Positions 29,501-39,019 of a stretch of DNA of 64,000 nucleotides are shown one piece after another. Below the pieces are notes generated by a model, which ran no database searches, was not told the DNA's origin, and saw nothing but the letters and a program-made list of their open reading frames with translations. How positions within the stretch are numbered: the first letter of the stretch is position 1; every line of letters starts with the position of its first letter. The stretch is from an uncultured Planctomycetota bacterium (GTDB taxonomy: Bacteria > Planctomycetota > Planctomycetia > Isosphaerales > Isosphaeraceae). The translations under genes and the position numbers were made by a program. Where the stretch lies: the NCBI GenBank assembly GCA_963737655.1, contig CAVTTN010000002.1, positions 640,001 through 704,000 of the forward strand, read 5' to 3'.

Positions 29501-32101
29501 TCAGACGGGGCGGTTCCCGGCGATCTGGTGCAAGGCCAGGTCGTGGGCGTGGTGCCCCTTCTTGCGGTGAAGCGGGGTCGTCGGCGAAAGCGTCGAGTCC
29601 GCGGAGGTCGGCGGGGTCAGCGTCGCGGCCTTCACGGTCGGCGAGGAGTCCGGGGCTTCGACCAGGCTCGGAGATGCGCCCGAGACCTGGCCACGCCCAC
29701 GGACCACCGCCGGCACCGGGATGCCCAGCCCGTTGGGCACGCCGAAGGGATAGACCTTCGCGCCCCCTCCACTATAGGAGATGTAGAAGGTCGAGCTCGG
29801 CGGGTCGTACACGGCGATCTCGCTCTTGCCGTCGCCGTCGTAATCGGCCGGGATCGGCAGGTCCTTGCCGTTGGGCACGCCGAACTGGAAGACCTTCGCG
29901 CCCCCGCTGCTATAAGAGATGTAGTAGGTGACGCTGGGCGGGTCGAAGACGGCGATGTCGGTCTTGCCGTCGCCGTCGTAGTCCCCGGCGATCGGCAGGT
30001 CGTTGCCGGCCGGGTTGCCGAACTGGAAGACCTTGGCCCCGCCTCCGGAATAGGAGATGTAGAAGGTGGCGCTGGGCGGGTCGTACACCGCAATGTCGGT
30101 CTTACCGTCGCCGTCGTAGTCGCCGGGGATCGGGATGTCGTGGCCGTTGGGGTTGCCGAACTGGAAGACCTTGGCGCCTCCGCTGCTGTAGCTGATGTAG
30201 AATGTCACCGTCGTGGGGTCGAAGACGGCGAAATCCGTCTTGCCGTCGCCGTCGTAGTCGCCGATCACCGGGATGCATTTGCCGTTGGGGATGCCGAACG
30301 GATAGACCTTGGCCCCCCCGCCGGAGTAGCCGACGTAGAACGTGGAGCTCGGCGGGTCGTACACGGCGGTGTCGGTCTTGCCGTCGCCGTCGTAGTCGCC
30401 GTAGAGCGGGATGTCCTGGCCGTTGGGCACGCCGAACTGGAAGACCTTCGCCCCGCCTCCACTATAAGAGATGTAGTACGTGACGGTCGCGGGGTCGAAG
30501 ACGGCGATGTCGCTCCGGCCGTCGCCGTCGAAGTCGCCCGGGACGGTCTTCTTCTGGACGGTCCCCCCGCCGCCGCCACCACCTCCGCCGCCGCCACCAC
30601 CCCCGCCACCGCCGCCGCCGCCACCACCGCCGCCGGTGGAGGGAGGCGTGTAGCTCGCCAGGGCGACGAAGTTATTGGAGGCCTGGGACGAGGTCAACGT
30701 GGTGGTGCCGAACGTGGCGGGCGAAGCGTAGCCACCGTAGACGGCGAGCGTCCCGGACGAGTTGATGGCCAGGCCGGTCGGCCCGTCCAGGCCGGTCCCT
30801 CCGGCGGTGACCGGGGAGTCGATCGTGCCGTCGCTCTCGACCCGAGCCAGGAGCAGGTCGCTATCGCCGGCGCTGGTCAGGGAGACGCCGCCGACCCGGG
30901 CCGACCCGAGGAACCCCGTGGCGACGAACGCCGCCCCCGAGGGGGTCAGCACCACGCTGGGGATGTCGGCCGAGGTCCCCGGGTCGTTCACGCCGAGGTC
31001 TCTCGCGAAGAGCAGTCCGCCGGCGGAGTTCAGCTCGGCGACGAAGATCCCGGCGGTGTTGAGCGTCGAGAGGACTTGCGAGCCGATCGTGGCCGTCCCC
31101 TGGAACCGTCCGGCGATCGCGGCCAGGCCGTCGGGGTTGACCGAGACCGAATACACCACGTCGTTGTCGCTCCCCCCGTAACTCTGGGCGAACAGGGGGG
31201 TCCCCGAGGGGGAGAACTTGGCCAGGAAGCCGTCGGTCCCGCCGGCGCTGGTCAGGGTGATCGCCGAGGCCCCGGAGCCAACGGTCAGCTTCCCGAGATA
31301 GAAGCCCGCGGCATAGATGTCGCCGGCGCTATCCATGGCCACGGAATTGACCTGCGAGGATTGGCCGGCCGCCGGCAGGGGCTGGGCAAGCACGAACGAC
31401 CCGGAGGGGTTGAGCTTGGCGATGAAGCCCTCGACATCCGAGGTGCTGGTGATCGACGTCGAACCGAAGGCGACGGTCCCCGAGATCAACCCGCCGATGA
31501 CCGCGTCCCCCGCGCTATCCACGGCGATCGACAGCCCGCGATTGATCGTCAGGACCGACGGATCGCTCGGTCCGGTCGAACTGGAGACGTAGCTGCCCGA
31601 GCCGAAGTTGCCGGAGGCGTCCAGCTTCAAGACGAAGACGTCCAGATGGCCGTAGGCCTGGAGGACATGGGTCCCCGGGGCGGACGGATCGAAGTCGAGC
31701 TTCCCGGAGTAGATGCCCGTCACATACACGTTGCCCGCGCCGTCCACGGCGACGTCTTCCCCCTCGGATTGCCCACTCCCCCCAGACTCGTCGCCATAGG
31801 TGCGGGACCAGATCAGGTTGCCCGTGGGGCCGAACTTCGCGACGAAGATATCGGTCTTGCCCTGGCTGGCCGGCCCGAGCGTCGAGGTTCCGGTGTAGGC
31901 GCCGGTGACGTAGGTGTCGCCCGCGGAGTCCACGGTCACCCCGGTCGGATAGGACGCGACGCTCGCCCCGAGACTGAAGCTCGTCGTGAAGTCGATGGCC
32001 ATCAAGGCCCGCGGCTCCATCCGCTCCATTTCGGGGCGGCGACGGCGGTTCGGGGCCGACGGGCGGGGCCCTCGGCGAACTTCCTCGGATCTCGGACTCA
32101 T
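29501..32101 (-). CDS. Extracellular protein: planctomycete LEPRxLL-type leader, SBBP beta-propeller, poly-Gly linker, six FG-GAP-like repeats
   Basis: RRRRPEMERMEPRALMA; VDSAGDTYVTG/VDGAGNVYVTG repeats; 24 Gly; six GDYDGDGKTD units. Confidence 0.85.
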   Translation of the reverse strand: MSPRSEEVRRGPRPSAPNRRRRPEMERMEPRALMAIDFTTSFSLGASVASYPTGVTVDSAGDTYVTGAYTGTSTLGPASQGKTDIFVAKFGPTGNLIWSRTYGDESGGSGQSEGEDVAVDGAGNVYVTGIYSGKLDFDPSAPGTHVLQAYGHLDVFVLKLDASGNFGSGSYVSSSTGPSDPSVLTINRGLSIAVDSAGDAVIGGLISGTVAFGSTSITSTSDVEGFIAKLNPSGSFVLAQPLPAAGQSSQVNSVAMDSAGDIYAAGFYLGKLTVGSGASAITLTSAGGTDGFLAKFSPSGTPLFAQSYGGSDNDVVYSVSVNPDGLAAIAGRFQGTATIGSQVLSTLNTAGIFVAELNSAGGLLFARDLGVNDPGTSADIPSVVLTPSGAAFVATGFLGSARVGGVSLTSAGDSDLLLARVESDGTIDSPVTAGGTGLDGPTGLAINSSGTLAVYGGYASPATFGTTTLTSSQASNNFVALASYTPPSTGGGGGGGGGGGGGGGGGGGGGGGGTVQKKTVPGDFDGDGRSDIAVFDPATVTYYISYSGGGAKVFQFGVPNGQDIPLYGDYDGDGKTDTAVYDPPSSTFYVGYSGGGAKVYPFGIPNGKCIPVIGDYDGDGKTDFAVFDPTTVTFYISYSSGGAKVFQFGNPNGHDIPIPGDYDGDGKTDIAVYDPPSATFYISYSGGGAKVFQFGNPAGNDLPIAGDYDGDGKTDIAVFDPPSVTYYISYSSGGAKVFQFGVPNGKDLPIPADYDGDGKSEIAVYDPPSSTFYISYSGGGAKVYPFGVPNGLGIPVPAVVRGRGQVSGASPSLVEAPDSSPTVKAATLTPPTSADSTLSPTTPLHRKKGHHAHDLALHQIAGNRPV
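29710..30540 (-). repeat. Six intragenic 138-bp tandem repeats
   Basis: DGDG codons recur at 29828, 29966, 30104, 30242, 30380 and 30518. Confidence 0.9.
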
Positions 32102-32656
32102 GATGCGTTCCTCGAGTAGTCGAGAGGGAGATCGGTCGGGATGAGCCTGGCGGCTGGGGATGCTCGGTCGGACCACGCCCGGAAAAACACCCAGACTGTT
32201 CCAGTTTACCCGCTCCTCCGGAAAAATGGAGCGGGCGCGGGCACGGCCGACGTTCTTTCCCCGTCGATCGCCTCCCACGGCCTACAGATCGACCTCAAGA
32301 CATACCGGATGAGGCCGCAGGCCCCTCCCCCTGTTGAAAAAAAGTCACGTTTTCCCCGCCGGAGGCCGCCCCGGGAGGAAATAGTCGGCCGGGAGGGCGG
32401 GCAAACGCACTCATCATCTTGCAGCCACGCGATCAAAAGGGTACTCTAACCCTCAAATTAGGTCGGTCCCGTCGGCATCCGGATCGGTTTTCAGGGAGGC
32501 CTTGCCTTCGGATCTGAGTTCGGAGCATACCCCGTCGGCCCTCGGGCCTGGTTCTCCTGGCGAACCTTTCGCCCGGAGCGATCGGAGAAGGGAGCTCTGG
32601 GATCGTCCTTCTTCGTGCAGCCCATGCTTCGTCCCTCAAAAAGGAGTCGCCGTAAG

Positions 32657-33496
32657 ATGAGCAGCCGCGTCCGAAGATTCGCAACGCTCGTTGTCGTGGG
32701 CCTTGGCCTCCTTGCCGGCTCGACCAGAGCCCACGCCGATTTCGTGATCGACGTCTACATCGATGGGCACCTCATCGACCAGATCACCAAGAACGGCGGC
32801 CTGGACAGCCCGGCTTCGGCGAACACGATCAACACCAACGTGGATCTGTTGAACGCCGACATCGCCAACTACGGCGTCGGCCAGTATGCAGGTGTCTCGT
32901 TCTCCAGCCTCTCGCTGGTGAGCAACTTCGCGACGGCCACCGGCAACGGCAGCGCATCGCTGAAGACCACCGGCGAGGTGGACTTCGACCCGACGATGAG
33001 CTCGTCCCCGGTGTCGGTCACGGTCGTTGGCTTCGCCAACAACTACCATGCCCCGTCCAGCTTCTACAAGCTCCTGAGCAGCTCGGGCAGCGGAACCTTC
33101 ACCGGCACCACCCCGACCGACTCCCACCAGTTCAACGCCATCTTCGACGCGACCAACTCGAGCGCGCCGCTGACCAACCCCCAGGACCCGTTCGTCGGGT
33201 ACACGGGGACGGCCCACACGATGGCCCCGCCGACGTTCTCCCCCTCGACGCCGCCCCCCGCGTCGTTCTCGGTCAACAATACGCCGTTGCTGGTCACCGG
33301 CAGCGGCAATTTCGCCCTGATCAACCAGACGACCCTGCACATCGGCTCGGACACGGGCGACCTCTCGTCCATCCAGTTCACCAACTCGACGATCGTCACC
33401 CATGCCGTGCCGGAGCCGGGTTCGCTGGCCCTGGTCTTCCTCGGCCTGCCCGTCGTGGCTCGCCGCGTCTTCCGTCGCCGTCAGGCCACCGTCTGA
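32657..33496 (+). CDS. PEP-CTERM sorting domain protein
   Basis: AAGGAG RBS; signal peptide ending AHA-D; C-terminal VPEPGSLAL, TM segment, RRVFRRR. Confidence 0.9.
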   Translation: MSSRVRRFATLVVVGLGLLAGSTRAHADFVIDVYIDGHLIDQITKNGGLDSPASANTINTNVDLLNADIANYGVGQYAGVSFSSLSLVSNFATATGNGSASLKTTGEVDFDPTMSSSPVSVTVVGFANNYHAPSSFYKLLSSSGSGTFTGTTPTDSHQFNAIFDATNSSAPLTNPQDPFVGYTGTAHTMAPPTFSPSTPPPASFSVNNTPLLVTGSGNFALINQTTLHIGSDTGDLSSIQFTNSTIVTHAVPEPGSLALVFLGLPVVARRVFRRRQATV

Positions 33497-33546
33497 CCTT
33501 CGCCTCCCCGGCGCCTGCCCGTTCCTCTCCACGAGCTTGAATGAGA

Positions 33547-33590
33547 AACGTCCCCCGGCCGTTCTTACGGCCGGGGGACGTTGTCATTTC
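33547..33590 (+). terminator. Intrinsic terminator after the PEP-CTERM gene
   Basis: AACGTCCCCCGGCCG..CGGCCGGGGGACGTT followed by a T-rich tail. Confidence 0.75.
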
Positions 33591-34027
33591 CCTTCCCGTT
33601 TCCCTCCCGCTCCAGCAGATCACCCTCGGTTCACGGCCGGGTTCCCCCGAGGTCGGGCCGGCCTCGGCCTGCGGTCCCCACGGATCGCCGGGCCGAGGCC
33701 GGCCCGACCTGCGCGGTCAGAGACTGATCCGCTGGAGAGCGGTTCACGGCCGGGTTCCGCCCATGTCGGACAGCCCTCGGCGTGCCGACCTCCGTGAAGA
33801 GATCAGCCAGGCCCTGTTCGATGGAAAGCGGAGGTGCGCCCTCCGAGGTTGGACTGCGGCCATCCCCCACCGATACCGTCGGTCCGGGACGACCTGGCGG
33901 CGCGGGGCCACGCCTCGGGCCGAGCCTGGCCGGCCGAATAAACGCGGACGGCCGGCCCCTCCCCCTTCTCGGATGGAGGGGAGGACGGGCCGGCCGATCG
34001 TCGTTCGCGGTCGCTTCGAGGGGAGAC

Positions 34028-35398
34028 TCAGGACACGACGTAGAACCTCTTCGACGAAATCAGGTCGCTGGCCGTGAAGAACAGCATGTTCCCCACAGAG
34101 GCCAGCCCCTGAGGCACCGAGCCATCGGGCCCGGGGTACAGGTCCGCGACCAGCTGAGTTCCGGCCGTCGTCCCGTCGCTCTTCCACAACTCCTGCCCGT
34201 AGGCGTCGTCGGTGGCGGAGAAGTAGACCGTCGATCCCACGACCGTGAGCGAGCTGATGCTCGAGCCGCTGGACCCGGTTTCGACGTCGGCGACGAGCTG
34301 GGTCCCGGCCGCGGTGCCGTCGGTCTTCCAGAGCTCGCTGCCGTGGACGCCGTCGTTGGCCGTGAACAGCGTCAATGCGCCGAATCGGGTGAAATTCGTC
34401 GGCATCGAGCTGGCGGAGCCGGGGTTGATGTCGGCGAGCATGAAGGTGCCGGCCGTGGTGCCGTCGGTCCTCCAGAGTTCCGTGCCGTTGATGCCGTCAT
34501 TGGCCTGGAATACGACGCTCGAGCCGTTGACCGTGTAGTTGAAGGGGTTGGAGGACACCGAGCCGGCGCGGATGTCGTCGAGCAGGAACGTCCCCGCGGC
34601 CGAGCCGTCGCTGATCCAGACCTCGCGGCCGTCCACGCCGTCGTTGGCGGTGAAGATGACCTTCGACCCGAAGGCCGTCAGTCCGAGGGGGGTCGCGGAG
34701 GAGGAGCCGGCCCAGATGTCCTTGACCATGGTCGTGCCGGCGGCCGTGCCATCGGTCTTCCAGAGCTCGGTGCCGTGGACGCCGTCGTTGGCCGTGAAGA
34801 AGACGGTCGAGCCGACGACGGTGAAGTTCGCGGGGTTGGACGAGCCGGACCCCGGGGAGATCTGGCTGACCAAGACCGTGCCGGCGACCGTGCCGTCGCT
34901 CTTCCACAGCTCGTAGCCGGAGCCGGCGCTGAAGGCCGAGAAATACAGGGTGCCGTTGGCGTCGGTCAGGTTCGACGGGTAGCTGCTCGCGCTGCCGGCG
35001 GCGACCTCCTTGACCATGGCCGTGCCGGCGGTGGTCCCGTCGGTCTTCCACAGCTCGCTGCCGTGGCCGGCCGAGGTCGCCGTGAAGTAGAGGTAGGGCC
35101 CGGAAACGGTCAGGTTCGACGGCGTCGAGTTCGCCAGGCCGGGGTTGACGTCGGCGACCAGCGACGTGCCGAGGAGCGTGCCATCGCTCTTCCAGAGCTC
35201 GGTGCCGTGGACCGCGTCGCTGGCCGAGAAGAACGCCTGGCCCTTGAAGGCCACCGGGGTGCCGACGATCGTCCCGGGGAAATCGATCGGGGTGAGCGTC
35301 AAAAGCGCCCGCCCCTCCAGGCCCTCGACACGGGGCAGGGTCATCGAGCGGCGGGGTCTGGAAGCGAGCGAGCGTCGACGAGCAAGGAACTTGAACAT
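34028..35398 (-). CDS. ELWxxDGT repeat protein with planctomycete extracellular leader
   Basis: VEGLEGRALLT leader; eight ELWKxDGT-type units at a 48-aa period; GAGG RBS. Confidence 0.92.
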   Translation of the reverse strand: MFKFLARRRSLASRPRRSMTLPRVEGLEGRALLTLTPIDFPGTIVGTPVAFKGQAFFSASDAVHGTELWKSDGTLLGTSLVADVNPGLANSTPSNLTVSGPYLYFTATSAGHGSELWKTDGTTAGTAMVKEVAAGSASSYPSNLTDANGTLYFSAFSAGSGYELWKSDGTVAGTVLVSQISPGSGSSNPANFTVVGSTVFFTANDGVHGTELWKTDGTAAGTTMVKDIWAGSSSATPLGLTAFGSKVIFTANDGVDGREVWISDGSAAGTFLLDDIRAGSVSSNPFNYTVNGSSVVFQANDGINGTELWRTDGTTAGTFMLADINPGSASSMPTNFTRFGALTLFTANDGVHGSELWKTDGTAAGTQLVADVETGSSGSSISSLTVVGSTVYFSATDDAYGQELWKSDGTTAGTQLVADLYPGPDGSVPQGLASVGNMLFFTASDLISSKRFYVVS

Positions 35399-36083
35399 GT
35401 GTCACCTCAACTGGGTGTAGAACCAGTGCGGCCACGCACACCGATCGGGGGTGACCCGGCCGAACGACGTCCCGGGACCCGATCGTGTTTTCCCGAAGCA
35501 ATCCTGACGAGGACTCTAGATCAATTTCCGGACGCGGTGGGAGCGGTGAGGGGGGGCATCACGGCCCCCAATCGACGAGCGGCGGCGAGAGAGAATTTGC
35601 CGGAGACCAGCCGAGCAAGGATGGCTATCTTATTCCGGCTGTGTTTTTCTACAACAGCGGCCCGTGGATGTGACACCCAAAACTTACGAAAGGGCGAAAT
35701 CCGCCCGAAACACCCGGAAATTCTCCGAAAATGTTGAAAAAAAGCGTCGTTATGGCAGTTTTGAATGAGTTTCTTGACCTTACCAACTGAACAAAATGAA
35801 CTTCATGAAAACAACAAAGAGAGCGAGGCTGCATGAAACCAATCAAGACAGCAAGGACACAAGAATTGAGTTTTCGCAAAACTGGCCCTAATAAGCCTTA
35901 ATAAACCCTTATTATCGCTTGTTTAATTTTACAGGTTTGCGGCATGATCTGCCTTCAGAGCGGGATGTTTTGATAGCTTATCCCTCGCCCGACGAGGGCG
36001 GGACGACGGTGTGATTCCTGGCTCCAACCGGCGCGGGAATCGTGGCATAATCACCCTGGCTCGGGGGGATCGGAGATCGATTC

Positions 36084-36709
36084 ATGAACAGTCGTCCGGG
36101 ACGGTGGGCCGACGCCGCCGACCATCTGAGGGCCGCCGATCCGCGCTGGGGCCCCTCCTGGACCGGGTCGGCCCCTGCTTGCTCCGGCCCCGGAAAGATC
36201 GCTTCGGAACGCTCGTCCGGGCGATCATCGGCCAGCAGATCTCCACGAGGGCCGCCGCGACGATCGACGCCCGGCTCCGGGCCCTCGGCGGCGATCCCCA
36301 CGATCCGGCGAAGCTCCTGGCCGTGGGCGAGGAAGGCCTTCGGGGCTGCGGGCTCTCCGGCGTGAAGGCCCGATACGTCCTGAACCTCTCCGAGGCGGTC
36401 CTGTCCGGCCAGGTTCCTCTGGCCCGGATCGGGACCCTTTCGGACGAGGCGATCAAGACGCGATTGACGACGATCAAGGGGGTGGGCGCCTGGACGGCCG
36501 AGATGTTCCTGATCTTCTCCCTGAACCGGCCGGACGTCCTCCCGGTGGCCGACCTGGGGGTCCGGGTCGGAATCCGTAACTTCTACGGCCTGGAGGAGAT
36601 GCCTTCGCCCCGGCTTTGCGTCGAGCTGGCCGAACCCTGGCGGCCTCACCGGAGCGTCGCCATGTGGTATCTGTGGAGGAGCCTGGACGCACCCAAGGCG
36701 CCGGGATGA
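36084..36709 (+). CDS. alkA: DNA-3-methyladenine glycosylase II family (frameshift at about 36152-36156)
   Basis: IIGQQIS, IKGVGAWTAEM (HhH), DVLPVADLG, WRPHRS; N-terminus (HLRAADP) in another frame. Confidence 0.88.
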
Positions 36710-36737
36710 TCTCCCGTTCCATCGCGAGGAGGCCGCC

Positions 36738-38297
36738 GTGTTCGACGTCCTGATCCGAGGCGGCTGGCTGATCGACGGGGGAGGCGGGCCGCCGTTCCTG
36801 GCGAACGTCGCCCTGCTCGGGGCGGTGGTGGCCGACGTCGGCCGCCTGGATGGGGCGAGCGGTCGGATCGAGATCGACGCGTCCGGCCTGTTCGTCGCGC
36901 CGGGCTTCATCGATGCCCACGTCCACGGCGACTTGATGCTCCTGACCGACCCGGTCCACCGGCCCGCCCTGAAGCAGGGCGTCACCACCTACATCCTCGG
37001 CCAGGACGGCAGCGCCTTCGCCCCGGCGTCTCCGGCGACGATGGACTACATGAGGCGGTACACCTCCGGGTTCAACGGAAATCCCGAAGGGTCTGGCTAC
37101 GACTGGAGTTCCGTCGGCGAGTACCTGTCCCGGTTCGATCGTTCCACGTCGTTGAACGTGGCTTACCTGATCCCCAACGGCAACCTCCGGCTGGAAGTGA
37201 TGGGGCACGACCCCCGAGCGGCGACCGACGAGGAGCTCGCGGCGATGGTCCGCCTGGTCCGCCAGGGGATGGACGCCGGGGCGGTGGGGATTTCGTCGGG
37301 GCTGGACTATCTGCCGAGCCGCCACGCCGACGCCCGAGAGCTGGCCGCGCTCTGCCGGGCGATCGCGCCGGAGGACGGCGTTTACGTGACTCACATGAGG
37401 GGATACGGCCCGGACGCGCCGATCGGGATGCGCGAGGTCGTCGAGATCGCCGAAGCGTCCGGCGTGTCGGCCCATATTTCCCATTTGAACGGCCGGGCCG
37501 ACGTCCTCCTGCCCCTGATCGAGGCGGGTCGAGCCCGGGGCCTGGATCTCACCTTCGACACCTATCCCTACCTGGCCGGGAGCACGATCCTGGGGATGGT
37601 TTCCCTGCCGGCCTGGGTCCAGGAAGGTGGGATCGACGCGACTCTCGGCCGCCTGGCCGATCGAGCCGTCCGCGATCGGCTCGATCGCCAGTGGTTCTCC
37701 GGGCCCTTGCCCTACCCGATGGAGCATACGACCCTGGCGAGGATCGACGCTCCCCCGTGGAAGTCGTTCGAGGGGCTGACCGTGGCCGAGGCGGCCCGGC
37801 GGGCCGGAAGTCCTCTCGGCGCTTTTATTTGCGATCTGCTCGTCGCGAACGACCTGGCCGTCGGGATCGTCGGGTTCCGGCCTGGGGACCGGACCGAGGA
37901 GGACGTCCGGGCGATCCTCCGCCACCCGGCCCACATGGCCGGCTCGGACGGCATTTTTCGAGGGGCGTTCCCCCACCCCCGGGGCTGGGGGGCGTTCGCC
38001 CGGTTCCTGGGCCGCCATACTCGGGAGCTGGGCGATTACTCGTGGGGCGAGGCGGTCGCGCACCTGTCTTCCCACGCCGCCCGCCGGTTCCGCCTGACCG
38101 ATCGCGGGTTGGTCCGCCCCGGGTTCGCGGCCGACCTGGCCGTGTTTGACCCGGCCACGGTCCTCGATCGCTCGACCTACGCCGACGGCCGCCGGGAGGC
38201 CGAGGGGATGCGGCATGTGATCGTCAACGGGACGTTCGTTTTGAAGGATGGCGAGGCGACGGGGGCCTTGCCGGGCCGGGCGTTGCGTCGAGGGTGA
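36738..38297 (+). CDS. N-acyl-D-amino-acid deacylase family amidohydrolase
   Basis: APGFIDAHVH, THMR, HISH, YPYLAGST, PHPR, ADLAVFDP, VIVNG. Confidence 0.9.
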   Translation: MFDVLIRGGWLIDGGGGPPFLANVALLGAVVADVGRLDGASGRIEIDASGLFVAPGFIDAHVHGDLMLLTDPVHRPALKQGVTTYILGQDGSAFAPASPATMDYMRRYTSGFNGNPEGSGYDWSSVGEYLSRFDRSTSLNVAYLIPNGNLRLEVMGHDPRAATDEELAAMVRLVRQGMDAGAVGISSGLDYLPSRHADARELAALCRAIAPEDGVYVTHMRGYGPDAPIGMREVVEIAEASGVSAHISHLNGRADVLLPLIEAGRARGLDLTFDTYPYLAGSTILGMVSLPAWVQEGGIDATLGRLADRAVRDRLDRQWFSGPLPYPMEHTTLARIDAPPWKSFEGLTVAEAARRAGSPLGAFICDLLVANDLAVGIVGFRPGDRTEEDVRAILRHPAHMAGSDGIFRGAFPHPRGWGAFARFLGRHTRELGDYSWGEAVAHLSSHAARRFRLTDRGLVRPGFAADLAVFDPATVLDRSTYADGRREAEGMRHVIVNGTFVLKDGEATGALPGRALRRG

Positions 38298-38416
38298 CGT
38301 TTTGGGCGTTCAGGCGAGTCGGGGCGTCTCGATGATCTCCTCAGGGAGCGAGACGGCGGCCGGGGTGGGCCTGGCCGTCTCTCGGATCGCCCTGGATCGC
38401 GCCCGATGAGGCCCTT

Positions 38417-38902
38417 GTGATCATGAAACCGCCCGGCCCGAGCCTGCCCTTGCCGTCGGAAAGCCTCCCCGAATCGTTCGAGGCGTTCGCCTCGGCCGCC
38501 CGATCCGAACTGGCCCCGTCGGGCCCCCTGGAATCGGTCCTGGCCCGGAGGGTGATCCACGCCGCCTGGAGACTGGACCGAGGATCGACCGATGCCGTTC
38601 GGGCCGAGCGTGCCCTGGGCCGCGCCCTGGGCGGCCTGAAGACGCTTCGCGAACTTCGCGCGGCCTCGGGCGAGGAGGCCGCGCTTCCTCCGTCGTGGCG
38701 AGATCGCCTGATGACCGACCCGGACATTTCCTCGATTTCTCCGGTGGTCCGCGGCACCTGGATCACGGCGGCCGAGATCGTCCGGCTGGTGGTCCAGGGC
38801 TGGTCCTGGGGGGACATCCTCCGGGCCCACCCCGAACTCACCGAGGCCGACATCCGCGCCTGCCTCGCGTTCGACGTCGAGCGCGGGGACCTGGACGCGT
38901 AG
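38417..38902 (+). CDS. Fusion protein with C-terminal DUF433 domain
   Basis: C-terminal PVVRGTWITAAEIV...HPELTEADIRACLAF. Confidence 0.7.
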   Translation: MIMKPPGPSLPLPSESLPESFEAFASAARSELAPSGPLESVLARRVIHAAWRLDRGSTDAVRAERALGRALGGLKTLRELRAASGEEAALPPSWRDRLMTDPDISSISPVVRGTWITAAEIVRLVVQGWSWGDILRAHPELTEADIRACLAFDVERGDLDA

Positions 38903-38984
38903 GGTGCATGAAATGCACCATCTTCCTCCCTCCATTCGCCCGATCGGGGAGGATGGGGAGGAAGATGGTGCATTTCATGCACCC
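38899..38984. repeat. REP doublet (REPIN-like)
   Basis: GTAGGGTGCATGAAATGCACC ... GGTGCATTTCATGCACCC in inverted orientation; inner arms ATCTTCCTCCC/GGGAGGAAGAT. Confidence 0.8.
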
Positions 38985-39019
38985 GAGGATCGCGCGAATG
39001 GTGGCATGGACCCCACTCG

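Noticed and set aside
32390..32460. GGCAAAC as the start of a c-di-GMP-I riboswitch
   Set aside because: No following GAAA-capped stem or GCAAA element
32558..32572. Sigma54-like GG-N10-GC upstream of the PEP-CTERM gene
   Set aside because: Spacing fits, but the match to TGGCACG-N4-TTGC is weak in GC-rich DNA
29710..35220. Regular 138-bp and 144-bp repeats as possible CRISPR array or DGR template
   Set aside because: In-frame protein repeats; no unique spacers, cas genes or reverse transcriptase
35649..35879. 76-aa ORF in the AT-rich island
   Set aside because: Atypical codons, no RBS and no motif; probably spurious
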